Shown here: positions 44,704-61,880 of the stretch, one piece after another
Layout: each line of letters opens with the position of its first letter
How positions within the stretch are numbered: the stretch's first letter is position 1
Source: the human T2T-CHM13v2.0 reference genome, Homo sapiens
Strand: one strand, 5' to 3'
NCBI RefSeq assembly: GCF_009914755.1
Contig: NC_060946.1
DNA: 64,000 bases
The notes under the pieces: model-generated
Told to the model about the DNA's origin: nothing
The model's input: the letters and a program-made list of their open reading frames with translations, nothing else
The model's database searches: none
Translations under genes and position numbers: made by a program

Positions 44704-47700
44704 AAAGATAGGCGGATGATTTTGCAAACTCTTTTTAAATCCATATAATTCTCACCAATTTAATTGATGTTTGAATAGGCCCAAACTCAGGCTGGGTTTT
44801 GTTTTTTGTTTTTTGTTTTTTTCCTTTCCACAATCTCACCCTTCCCCCACCACAACTTTGTACAAATAGAGCCTCATGCTCAGAGGTAAAGTTGCATTAT
44901 ATAAAAGTTGTTGGGTGGGTTGATTAAGAAGTCAAGAGAAGCATGATTTGGAGAGACTAGCTAGATTTCCTGGTTTAAAAAAATCATCATCCCATGTGAT
45001 GTTGGCCTAGACTTTGCGAGAACGACAACTTGCCAGTCAAGTTCCCTCCCCTCCAAAGGACATCTCAAGCCCATAAGACAATCTGGGCACGTCCCAGTGG
45101 CTGCACGCCTTGTACAGTTCTGAAGACTTATTCGTTCCCTCCAATCCGAGCACGGATCATTTTGTTAAATACCGACTAGTATTTTGTCATTGGAGCGAAG
45201 AATTTCAGAAACGGTGTTAATATTTAATCACATTAGTACTGGCATGTTTTACGGCGTGACAAAATAAAATATCATTACAAAAATGGGCTTTGCCTGCAAG
45301 GGGAGTAGAAAAAAAAATGCTGGGGCTGGTACCTAGAGAAGGTCCATTCAAAGCCATTGGACACCACTGCTCAAGGCTAATGGGACCATGAGCATGTTTT
45401 TAAAGGAAAAGCAGAACATTTTGCTATGATTTTTTTTTCTGTCTCTATTTCGAAGTGGCACACTTCACTCTGATTTTCAGTGAGGGGACTCAGGGGCCTG
45501 TAGAAAGCTCTGTGTACCTATTTATACAACGTGTGCAGATGGAACTACAGGGTGTTATCATAATGAAAAGTTTAATCATCCTTATTTACTACCAGTAAGG
45601 GAGCAGGATTCAGATGCAGATACCTTATAAAGCCTTAACTAGCAACCCCAAGGCTACAGAAGCTTCGAGTGACCTCAATTCGCTGCTTTATCGAGGAAAC
45701 TGTCCTTCCCACACCACAGAGTAGAAAACAAAGGAGGTCTAGTGGGTGTCCCTGCTGGTGCTTATAAGACAGCCAGCCCTGCTGGTCCCTGATGGAAGTC
45801 CCTGTCGCCCCGCATGCAGGGGAGGGCTTCCTTTAGCTTACAGGAGAAATCAACCCTAAAGTGACTAGCATCTGTTTCTAAAAAATATTTTCATTCATCT
45901 GACTGTGATGATGACACAAACAAAACATTTCTTTGGTGACATTTCTTCATTCACAGCCTGCATCTTCATCTCTAAAGGAAGGACTGGAAAGGGGATGGGG
46001 AGAGACAACTTCTAAAAATCTCATTAAAATGACCCTATACCTGTCCACCTAGTCTATGAAGGCCCTTTAAAAGACTTGAAGATGAAGTGCTACTGTTTTT
46101 CTTAAATGGATTCTTTAAATCAGGGTTGTTTTTGTTTTTTTTTTAACTTTTCTCACCTCATTTTGGCCAATATGTTCTTAATTACTAGGAGTGGGAGGGG
46201 AGGATGAGAAGGGGAAGGGGGAGGGGCGGCTAGGCCAGGCCAGGCCAGGTAGAAGTGACAGGGGCTGAGATTTGTGCTAACCAGCTATCGATCGGGCCAG
46301 ATCGAGATGTCGTGTACAAGAAAATAAAGGGGTGGGGGGAGCAAGCAGGAGGCTGTGTCCAACTCGATTTTAAAAAGGGGGGGAAAAAAGGGAGAAGAAG
46401 CTGAGGGTCCCAAACTAACCAATTTATGGCCTTGCCTGGGAGAAGCCTGGAGAATGCTGATGCTGGCCGCAGCGTCTGCTGTGCATGCTAAACACCCGGC
46501 TTCAAATGAGAGAGTGCGTCCCGGGCGTCCTGGGCTGGGCAGTAACCGCGGAACAAAGAGAAAAAGCAGAGAGGCCGCATTCATGAATTAGAAAACCTAA
46601 GCGGGAAAGCTACCCGGGATGCGCGCCTTGAAAGCCCCAAGTTCTGAACCACCCAACTCCCAGCCCACTCTCGCTTCCTCTCCTCTTGCCTCCCCCAGCC
46701 CCCATGCCATTCTCCTAAAACCTACCCTCACCTTAAATCCAGGGTCAAGACATGGCAGGATGTGGGGAGGATGAGGGAAACGAAGGCAGAGGAGGAAAGA
46801 ACTGTAAAAGAGGGCAAGAATTGCACTGGGGGGGGACACATTTTCAAAAACAAGGTTAAAATGCCAGCCACTGGTTCCATGGTGATAGTCTGTCTAGGGA
46901 AACCAAGGGAATTCAACTATAGTTTAAAAGAAAGACATAGAAAGAAAGAAATGATGTTACCTGATTTTAAGAAGCCATTAGATATATATAGATACATATA
47001 TAGACACACATACCTATATATACACCTATATATATACACACACACACACACACACGCACTTTATATACAGACATTTTAAACCTCCATTCAGATAAAATAA
47101 ATATCTACGGCAACCCAGTCATCCTTAGGTTAAAAAGAACTGTTATTACTTTAACTGGAATGGCAGCCCATTTACTAACCCCACCCCTCCCACCTTAAAG
47201 GCCTCCAGGCCTGGTGGGGAGGGGGTGCTTAGAATGCAAACGAAAGCTGGGACAGGACATCTGTCACCAAAGCCAAGCGAGATATTGACAAACACGGATC
47301 CTTTGTGTCTTAAGAGTATATATCCATATCCCCATACACAAATGATGTCCAAGCCGACCCCACCCCAGCACTCCCCCTCCCCAACCCCACCAAATGTCAA
47401 GGGGATGCGCCCTGAAAAGGTTCCCTGCCTCCTGCAACCCCCACAGGTCTCCCGTTTTTCAATGAAACTCTGATAGTTAAGAAGAGACAAAATAGCTATT
47501 CATTAGGAACAAATGTCAAATTAGGCGTTGCCTCTGAGTGATGCTGCCGACACCAGGGCTGGTAACTTTTTTTTCCTAAAAATGCTGGCACCTAAAAGAA
47601 CTAGCGCTAGAGGCTGACTAACTAGGAAAAGGTGGGAGGCGTTAACACAACTTCCCAGGTGTCCTGCCAGGGAAGGCGGCACACAGCTGCTAAAAAGTGG

Positions 47701-48042
47701 AGCCAGCCTCAATGTTGAGGGTGGGGAGGGGTCTTAGTGTGAAAGGGAAGGGGCAATTCAGCTAAAACTGGGGGTGTGGGGGCGGCTGGGCGGGGTACTC
47801 TACAAGATTCCCAAAGGGCTGCCATCTAAGTTTTTGCCACCCTGTGGCACTAGAATCTACCTGGTAACATGTGGGGGGCTTGGGGGCAGTGTGTGTGGGG
47901 GGGTCTGTCCTCACAGCCCTTGGTGTAAGCAAAGGTGGGATAACCAGCTCCTAGTTGGGGATTAGGAGGGTTTGTGCCCTCCAAACCTCAAAGGACCCCA
48001 AAAGGCGAAGGCTAAGTCCTGCCCTGGGGATGGGGCGGGTCA

Positions 48043-53069
<5,027 letters not shown>

Positions 53070-53070
<1 letters not shown>

Positions 53071-53160
53071 CAAGTTTTGCATTTCAGCAATCAATTTCAG
53101 CCATTACATTTGCACCAATCAGCGCCGCCCAAGTTCCGGGCTCGGGGCGGGGCTCGCTCT
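53070..53160 (-). promoter_or_regulatory. TATA-less core/proximal promoter of MN1: CCAAT box, ETS-like site, GC box
   Basis: CCAAT at 53115-53119, TTCCGG at 53134-53139 and GGGGCGGGGC at 53144-53153, next to a short AT-rich pocket in the CpG island. Confidence 0.6.
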
Positions 53161-56100
53161 TAAGGTGGTCCGGGGTCCTGGCTGCCGAAGCCCCCGCCAC
53201 GAACCCGCACTACCCCAGCTCTGGGGTCCCCTGCGCCCGCCTCTCCTCGGGGTCCGGCGTCAGTGCGCTGGGGGCGCGCCCCGGCCTCCGGGCGCATCGA
53301 GCTGGAGAGGGTGCAGGCGGAGGAGAATGGCGGGAGCTTGGCTTTGTTCACCCCCTTCCCATTCACACTGTTCCCAACTCCCCACCCCCAACTGGAGCGA
53401 GACCCACCGGGTGGGCAGGGGGCGGGGAGGTGGGCGGTGAGCGGTACGGGGCGCTCAGACAATGAGGTCGCCAGGCAAAGACCCTAGACTCGCCACGGAA
53501 AGTCGCTAAGTGTCTACTGCACTTCGGCTCCGGGGTGAACACTCCGTTCTCCGCTAGCGGCGCCCAAGTTAGCCGGCCCTGGGATTTTCTTGGAGGGTAA
53601 AGCAGACGGGGAACCTCGAAGTTAGGGTTCTCCTCGAGAGACCTGGGCGCTTGCTCACTCCTCCGTCACTAGGGCGTTCACAATTGTTCCCCTTCCCCAC
53701 TGCCTGGGGTTCCCGGTTCTCACCGGCCGGCGTGGGCTCCAAGGAGTCACAGTCACTCAGCCACTTTATGGGGGAGCACATCGGTTGAGCCCAGTAACCG
53801 GAGCGACTTGCGAGGCGGCTGGGAACCCCGAGAAGACACGCACGAAGAGGGCGCACCCGCCGGGCCGCACACCTTGCCCTGGGCCACCCGGTCCAAGACC
53901 CAGACCCTCTGCGGGTGCGAAGTTGGCCTCCTTAAGAGATCAATTAAACTGAAGAGGCCGAGGAATGGAATTGGGCTGTGATACTAAAATCAATAGGAGT
54001 AATTTAATATCTGCCCTGCTCTTTATGAAATATTTATCCCAATAATCTTAGTTAAAATGTTTAGATCGTCCTGATCCCCACAGAGGCTGAAATCTATCTT
54101 GCAATTAGAAGTTGGAAGTTAGAGGTGATGGAGGATAGAGGTGTTTATTCTGTGCGCCTGTGTGCGTGTGCTCGCGCCTGCGTGCGTGTGTTTGTGCATG
54201 CGTGTGTGTGTGTGTGTGTGTTCCTCCCTAAAGTGTGTGTAGGGAAGGAGGGGGGAGAAGGCCTTTAATTTTCCTTGCCATAAAATAGCACGAGGCGATT
54301 TTGCTAGCAGATTCGCATTCTTAGGAGAAGGGCGAAAAAAGAACTTTCTTTGAAGTGCCCCTGATATCGCTATTAAATCTAAATAAAATTAAGCGTGGTG
54401 TATGAAAATGCCTTTCCCCCCCCACAAAAGAAAGTGTTTATCGCCCGAGTCTGTCTAGCGTTTGCTAAATTACGCATGAAATCTGAAATGAAATAAACGT
54501 TATAATAAAACCAACCCCTGAGCCCTTTTTATTTAAAAACCTTAGATTAAGCACTCCACCGTCGCGGGCAGGAGTTAAAAAGTTACCATGTCGTACGCGC
54601 AGATTCATTGCTCCCCTGAGTTGCGGCTAGGAAGGCAGTGCTAAGTATGCCAGAACCGACATGCCGGGGGTGGGGGGAAATGGGCTCAACTTTGGGGTAG
54701 CGGCAGAATTCCTAAGAAATTGCCCCCCGCCCAAAAAAAATTTTAATTAAAAATAAACAAACAAGAAAAAACAACAACTTTAAAACTCAGCCAGAGCAAG
54801 CTCAGATCCAAGACCTTTCCCGGGGCCTTCCTGTTGTGGAAGTTTACAGACATATATATTTTTTCTTTTTTGAAATTAAAAATGAAAATTACCCCCATCA
54901 AAAATGGGGTCCATAAATAAGCATAGGGAATAAGTATTTGTACAGGGCGGTGGAGTTTTTAAAGGATTTTTCTGCAGGATCAGGTTGTTGGTCTGTGATT
55001 AAATATTGATTTTGTGTAATTAGTTTTCATGTGAACTATCCTCTTGCTGATAGCTTAGAGGTTTCAGAACTAGAAAAGAAATGGAATTGGACATGGAAAT
55101 TATTACTTAGCAAAGTGACAGGGAAGTGAGAGCCAGAGAAAAGACTGAGGCTTTGCTGATTTAGGCACAAAGAAATAAAGGCTTGGGTAGGCCCTCCAGT
55201 GACACCCCCCCCCCGCCCGCCCCGGGGCCTAGGACCCTGGGGCTCTGGGGCTCCCGAGACAGAGCAGGGGGGATCTTGAACCTCCTGGACAAAAAGCGGG
55301 AGGCAATAGGAAAACCTGGTTGTGAGGAAGAGGCCCCCACATGGGCAAAGGCCTGGGCATAGTCCAAGATACTGGGTCACACACTCAGTCTGCTCTCGAC
55401 TATGGGTGTCTCCTGAGGCACCTATGAGCCGCCTGTGTTTCTGTGTCTGGAGGAAATAGGGAAAAGTGGGGACCTGTCTGGAGCCTGGGGGTGGGCCAGG
55501 AGAGTGGGAAGAATGGCTCACAGGCCTGTCGTCTGGGGAGACCCGGATGGGGGCGTCTGCAGAGCTGAGGCATGACTTCACACAGGGCTGGGTGGGGGTC
55601 TCCAGCACACCTGGGCAGGTTTCCTGTGGAATAATTCCGTGTGCTCCAGGGAGGGGGGGTGTGGGAGTATTTTTCTGGGGCTGTTTCCAAGAGTTAGCTC
55701 CACAAGGTGTGTGAGTGGCTGAAAGAAGGGAGTGTTTGGACCTGGTGAAGTTTCTGTTCAGGATGTGTGTCTCGGTCACCTTTCTTTAACACTGCAAATG
55801 TTGTGCGGGTGTGTGGCACACGTCTGCATTTTGTGCCTTTGCTTGTATGCGGGTGGCGGGGCATCTGCGTGTGTTTCTGTCCATGCCTGCGTCGGCGTTC
55901 GTGCATGGATCTTTGGGGGTCTTGGTGCATGTTCTCTGTCTGTCCCCCAACCCCGCATTTCTGTGTGTGTGAGCCACTGCGTTTGTACCTGTGTGTGTGC
56001 AGCTGCCTCACCCCTTGCATGCCTGTATCTCTGCTCCAGTGTATCTGTTTTTTCTGCGAGTGTGAGGGCGTGTGCCTCACAGCCTGTGCCCATCTGTGCC

Positions 56101-56204
56101 CGTGTATGCGCCGGCGTGTGCGCCTCCACAGTGTGGGCACCCCTGCGTGTGCCTGTGTGTGCTTTCGCCCGCAAGGTCCCGCAGTGTTTCTTTGGAACAG
56201 ACAC

Positions 56205-56222
56205 ATTGCCCCCTAGCGCTCA
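56205..56222 (-). promoter_or_regulatory. Candidate CTCF site
   Basis: Minus strand TGAGCGCTAGGGGGCAAT resembles the CTCF core CCGCNAGGGGGCA. Motif match only. Confidence 0.4.
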
Positions 56223-56659
56223 GATGAATTCAAAGTCCCCGCAGGCGCAGAGCCGGGAGCAGTAGGAGCCTCAGGGCCCTCCACCCGCCAGGGCTTTCTC
56301 CATCCTCCTCCCTCCCCAGGTCCCCCTCCGGGGGCACTGAGTGTGCTGGCAACGGCCAGAGGAGGCCCTCTGGGCAAGGGAAGGAGGAGACACAGCTGGA
56401 TGGGGCCCCAGAGCTGGAGAGGGATGTTTTAAGCTGGTGACAAGTGGGGAACTGCCTGGGATGGCCCCCAGAACACTCACCGCTGATATGGAGAGCCTGG
56501 CACACCTCAGCTAGCCCAGGAGCCTCAGCCTGCAGCCCACCAGTGAACTCTCACTCTATAGAAACACAAAGCAACCCACACCCAATACCCGTCACCCAGG
56601 AGACACACAGCCTTCGTGCCTGCCCCGTTGGCCCCCAACACCACCAGCACAGACACATG

Positions 56660-57067
56660 TACACACTTACCTCCATAGTGTGTGGCTGTGTCAGCAAACA
56701 CATGCACTCACATGCACACACAGAGCAATATCAGCATACACGTACTCACACACACACACACACCCCTCCATAGTGTGTGGATGTCAGCACACACACACAT
56801 ATACACCTCCATAGCGTGTGGCTATGTTAGCACATACACACCCCGCCATAGTATGTGGATGTCAGCATCCATGTACTTATACACACACTCACACATACAT
56901 CTCCATAGTGTGTAGCTGTCAACACACTCACACACACGTACACCTCCATAGTGTGTGGATGTCAGCACACACACACACACACACACATACACCTCCATAG
57001 TGTGTGGCTATGTCAGCACACACACACACACACACATATACACCTCCATAGCGTGTGGCTATGTCAG

Positions 57068-57098
<31 letters not shown>

Positions 57099-57122
57099 CT
57101 CCATAGCGTGTGGCTATGTCAG

Positions 57123-57153
<31 letters not shown>

Positions 57154-57264
57154 CTCCATAGCGTGTGGCTATGTCAGCACACACACACACACACACCCCT
57201 CCATAGTGTGTGGATGTCAGCATCCATGTACTCACACACACACCCCTCCATAGTGTGGGGATGT

Positions 57265-57298
<34 letters not shown>

Positions 57299-57311
57299 CT
57301 CCCCATAGTGG
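56660..57311. repeat. Compound minisatellite, about 13 units of CTCCATAG(T/C)GTGTGG(CT)ATGTCAG followed by variable (CA)n
   Basis: Unit starts near 56671, 56766, 56807, 56845, 56901, 56944, 56993, 57044, 57099, 57154, 57199, 57246 and 57301 (partial). Confidence 0.92.
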
Positions 57312-57399
57312 ATGAGTCTGCCCACTGGCTTCAGGACATGGAAGGCTCCTTCCGTGTCAGGCTGGTGCTTTGTGCATTATACCCATGGTCATCCTCACG

Positions 57400-57625
57400 G
57401 CAACGCCATGAAGTGGGGACTCAGAACCCATTCTACAGATGAGGAGATCGAGAAAGTCAAGGGACTTTCCCAAAGTCAAACAATGGCAGAGCTGAGATTC
57501 TAATCTCCCTGACACTGACGCCTGTCTCTTAACCACGGCCTGCTCTACCTGAATGTGATCGTTCAGGTAAAACACTTAGCACAGTGCAGGGGACATGGTA
57601 AGTGCCAACAAGTGTTAGCAACCTT
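57400..57625. mobile_element. MIR fragments; first recognisable transposons upstream of the promoter
   Basis: cccattctacagatgaggag...cccaaagtca and taaaacacttagcacagtg. Confidence 0.7.
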
Positions 57626-57719
57626 TATTACCACTGTGATTATTACCAAATATTATCAAAATTATGATTCATATTATTCTCAGTGTCTCCCTCACCCACA
57701 CAAACATGAGAAACTAGTA

Positions 57720-57760
<41 letters not shown>

Positions 57761-59271
57761 CAATATCCTTAGCCTTCTTCCTCTAACCCCCGTATCCTTT
57801 GGAGCTTGGAAACTCACCGGGACCACAGAAGCTCAAGCCCTTCTTGCAGGCAGTGTTCCTAGAAGGACTGGAGGGGAAGCTACTTCTCCGGACACCTGGG
57901 GTCAGCAGAACAGGCCTCTCCAGTGGGCCAGTGGTGGAAAGGTCAAGGATTTGGGCATTACAGATTCAGATTCAAGTCTTGTCTTCACCACTTATGAGCT
58001 GCGTGACCTTAAGCAAAATACTTTTTTCTCTGAACCTCAGTTTCCCCTGTTGGAAAGAGACATGAAGGCCAGTTGATATACAGCATAGGGACTGGAGACA
58101 ATGCTTTCAGAGTGGAACAGAGCACGGCACAGGACAGACATTCTTTAAATGGCAGCCCCTCTTATGACCATGATTATTTCTTCTGTGTTTGGATGCGGGG
58201 AGATGCAGAACAGAACCACAATCCCAGGAAGCCCCAGCTATGACCAGGACAGAGGAGAGGGCAGATGACTAGAGTCAGAAGATATGAGACCCTCATGGAG
58301 CTATAGTCTGCTGTTTGCCAAGCAACAGCACCTCGTCTATCTTGCTACACACAATGTCTGTCTTTTGGGGTCTCTCCTCGATCTGTTCATTATGTACATA
58401 CCAAATGCTTATAATATGCCAGGGCCTGGTCTAGGAACTCAAGAAAAAATGTAGCAGACACAGTCCCAGCCTTCAAGCCAGATCAAAGGAAACCTACTAT
58501 TTGATGTGAAAGGACTACATTACACACCTGTAAGGGACAAAATAACTGCCGGGAAGGAGGGATAATAGAGAAGGATTCCCAATGTTGGGTTTTGAAAGTA
58601 GAATAGGAGTTTGACAACCAAATAGGGTCACAGGACTTTCCAAGAGGAGTAATCATGTTAGACGGGGTGCAGGAAGGCTCAAGCAGAAGTGAGTTTAGAG
58701 CAGTATGAGGAAGGGGCAGGATCAGGAGGACCTCAAGGCCGGGTGGGAAAGTTTGGACATTGTTCTGGGGAGCTATGGAAAGGTTTAAAGCAAGACCAAG
58801 AGACATTGTCCAAGGTGAGTTTTAAATATCCCTGGAGACCTGAGGGTCTCCCTTTCTTTGCCTTCACTGTGGCCCCAGGAGCCATCTTTACCTAGTTTCC
58901 TTGGAAACAGGGCTTGGGATAGGGGAAGTCTCAGGTCTGTACCCAAGCAGCCAGCACAGAGCAGGACCGTGCCTGCTGCCTCTTCCATCTCAGGCCCGTG
59001 CACAGACAAGAGTCCCCTCTTGGTTCGGTGATTATAGATGCTGCTCTCTGCGGAGCAGGACCTCCTGCCCATTTCTCAGTTGGGGTAGGTTTAGGGGCAT
59101 TTCTAAATGAGAGCCAGATCTCCTAGGTTCAAAGCCCAGTATCACCACCCCCGACCTGTCTCCAAGCGTGTGAGGGAGGCAAAAGTGTGAGAAAGCACCC
59201 AGTCCCCACTATATAACTTATATAAATTATATATGTACAGTATATTTTATAGTGTTAGTATATTACATAGC

Positions 59272-59410
59272 TACCCTGTGAGGTAGGTTCTATTCTTTTT
59301 CCATTTTATAAAAGTGAAAACTGAGGCACAGAGAGGTGAAGGAGCTTGCCCTAGGTCACACGGCAAGTAAGAGTCAGAGCCAGAACTCAAACCAGGCCTA
59401 GCCTAACTTC
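59272..59410 (-). mobile_element. MIR
   Basis: ccctgtgaggtagg...aactgaggcacagagaggtgaagg...ggtcacac. Confidence 0.8.
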
Positions 59411-61744
59411 ACCATTAGCCCACGTATCAGTCACAAAGATTCTCCCTTTCTCAAACCCAGGGCTACCATCTGGAAAGAGGACGCCTTGCCCACAGTTCTG
59501 ATGCCTGGCCCTGGGTCTAAGCCCCTGGAGAGTCCCAGCCCTAAAGAGGGGTCCCTGCTTTCTCTATTGTTTTACTTCGCTGCTCCCCTGAGGTCTCTGG
59601 GGTCTGATCACAAGGTTTCAGTGTAGGGAACTACTGAATTTCCCCTCAAAAGATACCTGGAACAAGAAGTATCCCCAGCGCACTTGGCCTGGCAGGGCTA
59701 CCTGTGCAGGAGAAGAGCTGTGGCCACTATAGGGCATTTCAACTTCCCAGGTACCAGACACATGGGGCTGAGGCTCCATAGCTTGCCGCTAGTCTCCAGA
59801 TCTCCTGGACAACCCAACCTTCCCGGGGAATGCTCCATTTTCATGAGTCTAGCTCAGAGCCAGAGCCAGTATCTCAACCGCACAGCAACACGCTTAGCTT
59901 GTGACATGGAGGATCAGAAATGAGACCCTTGCTTGAAAGCATGAATTGGAACGATGCTACAAACCTCCCCTTTTCTGAACACAGAAACTCTCTTAGACCT
60001 CACTGAATCCAGAAAGCAACCCTAGGAAGTAAGCATCTCCATTATCCTCTGGAATGGAGGCTCTGATTGGTACAAGAACGACGTGTTCAAAGCCACATCG
60101 CGACTGCATGGCAGGGCCTGGTTTCATACTCGGATCCGTAGGGTCCTAGAGCCATCCTGCCAATGTCTCCATCTACGTGGGTTTCTCTTCCCCAGACGGC
60201 ATCCAGCTATGAGCTTCTATTTTCCATTCTCTAAGTGAAGTATGCTGAACCCAGGCCCTGCTCCCAAAATAACTCAAACCAGCCCCACAGGCTGGAACGG
60301 AGGCCCCAGCGACTCCAGGGCCCAGTTAGCCTCCCCTTGAAAAAGTCCCTATTCAGCAAAAAAAGGAGGAATAAAAAAAACAGCCATCACTCATAAAGCG
60401 TCACATACCACACAATTAGTCAGAAAATGCAAAAGTTCAGCAGGTTATTCAACAAACCTATTTAGCATGCTCACAAGCCCCTCCCTCCCCACCTCTTCAT
60501 TTTCCCTCCCTGCGGCCATCAGCAATGTGGGCTCATTACCACCGAGAACCTCGCTGGAAAGCCAGCCTCATAAACAGAACAAAATAAGCATCTATGATGG
60601 GAAAACTTTGGATGGACCAGTCATTAGCCGACACCTTTCAAATCACACTGTCGATTGTCACCTGCATCTCCTGTCCCCCACCCTCTCAGACACCCATGGC
60701 TGCATGCCCTGTCTCCACTGAGGTAAAGAGCAAGTGCTGGAAGGAACCACCCCCAATGCCAAGACCCAGGCTGAGCTTATCTTCCAGGAAGGAGCCCTGT
60801 GTGCAGCTGGAGTCTGCAGCCAAGCTCCTCCATGTGTCAGCAGCGACGGCAGCCGGCATGTGGCAGGTGCGTCCCTGTTTGCTCTACAGCGCCCCATTCC
60901 TCTTCACTTTCCTTACAGAGGGGTGTGCTGGGGTGGTTTAGAGCATCACACAGATCTGAGATCTGTGACCTTGAGTGCATCATTCCCTTCTCTGTGCCTC
61001 AGTTTCCTCATCTGTAAAATCAGTTTCCAGCAGTACCTACAGCAAAGGACATACGTGAAGACGGAATGAAATGGTGTAGGTTAAGCACAGCAGTCACACG
61101 CCATCCCTGGGAGGCGAGTAGAGGCACCTCCTCTCTAAGGCTCCCTGGAAGTGTGCTCCAGTGTAAGAAATGGGGGGTGCCTTGCTGACATCCTCCAGAG
61201 ATCCAGGATAGGAGGAAAGCAGCCTCCCATCTCTGAGCACTCACCATAAGATGGACTCCTTTCCATAGGTTATTTCTAATTCTCGCACCAATTGTACTGC
61301 AGGAATAGATGTGTGCCCATTTTATGGACGGGAACCTAGAGGCAGGACACCACTTTGAGAAGGAGCTTGGGGAGAGTTCCTCCAAAAGAAGATCCCACAC
61401 TTATTGCCCAAAGGGCTCAGGAAGGAAACGAACGGAACCCCCAGGGAACCCTCAGACACCCCACCTCCCACCCCCACCATCAGTCACACTGTCTAAGGGA
61501 TTGTAAAGTGGACGACAATGGGGCTGATGGGCTTTGAATGGCCCTTCCCACCCAACTAGGAAACAGAGCCCAGAGGCAGTGAGTAATGTGCTTATTTGAT
61601 CAGATTCTTGGAAACGTTCACAAATCATCACCATTCGCCCTGTGACAGTGTTACCAGCTCTTCCTTTAATTGTTGTTGTGTGCATAGCAGGAAGGCAGTG
61701 CAGTCTGGAGGTGAACAGGGTCGGCCTCAGGCTCGACTGCACAT

Positions 61745-61880
61745 AGTCCCTTTACCTCCTTGAGCCTCAGTTTCCCCATTTGTCAAATGAGGAGGATAAT
61801 CTTCTCTGGAGTTGTCAGGGGGGTGAACAAGCACAGAGCATTTAGCACGTAGTTAACACTCAATAAACGGCAGCTACTAC
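61745..61880 (+). mobile_element. MIR
   Basis: gagcctcagtttccccatttgtcaaatgagg...actcaataaa. Confidence 0.75.

Noticed and set aside
56660-57311. CRISPR-like repeat-spacer appearance
   Set aside because: The spacers are (CA)n rather than unique sequence, there are no cas genes, and the context is mammalian. It is a minisatellite.
55694-57325. His/Thr-rich and Cys/Val-rich ORFs resembling metal-binding proteins
   Set aside because: These are translations of (CA)n and (TG)n repeats.
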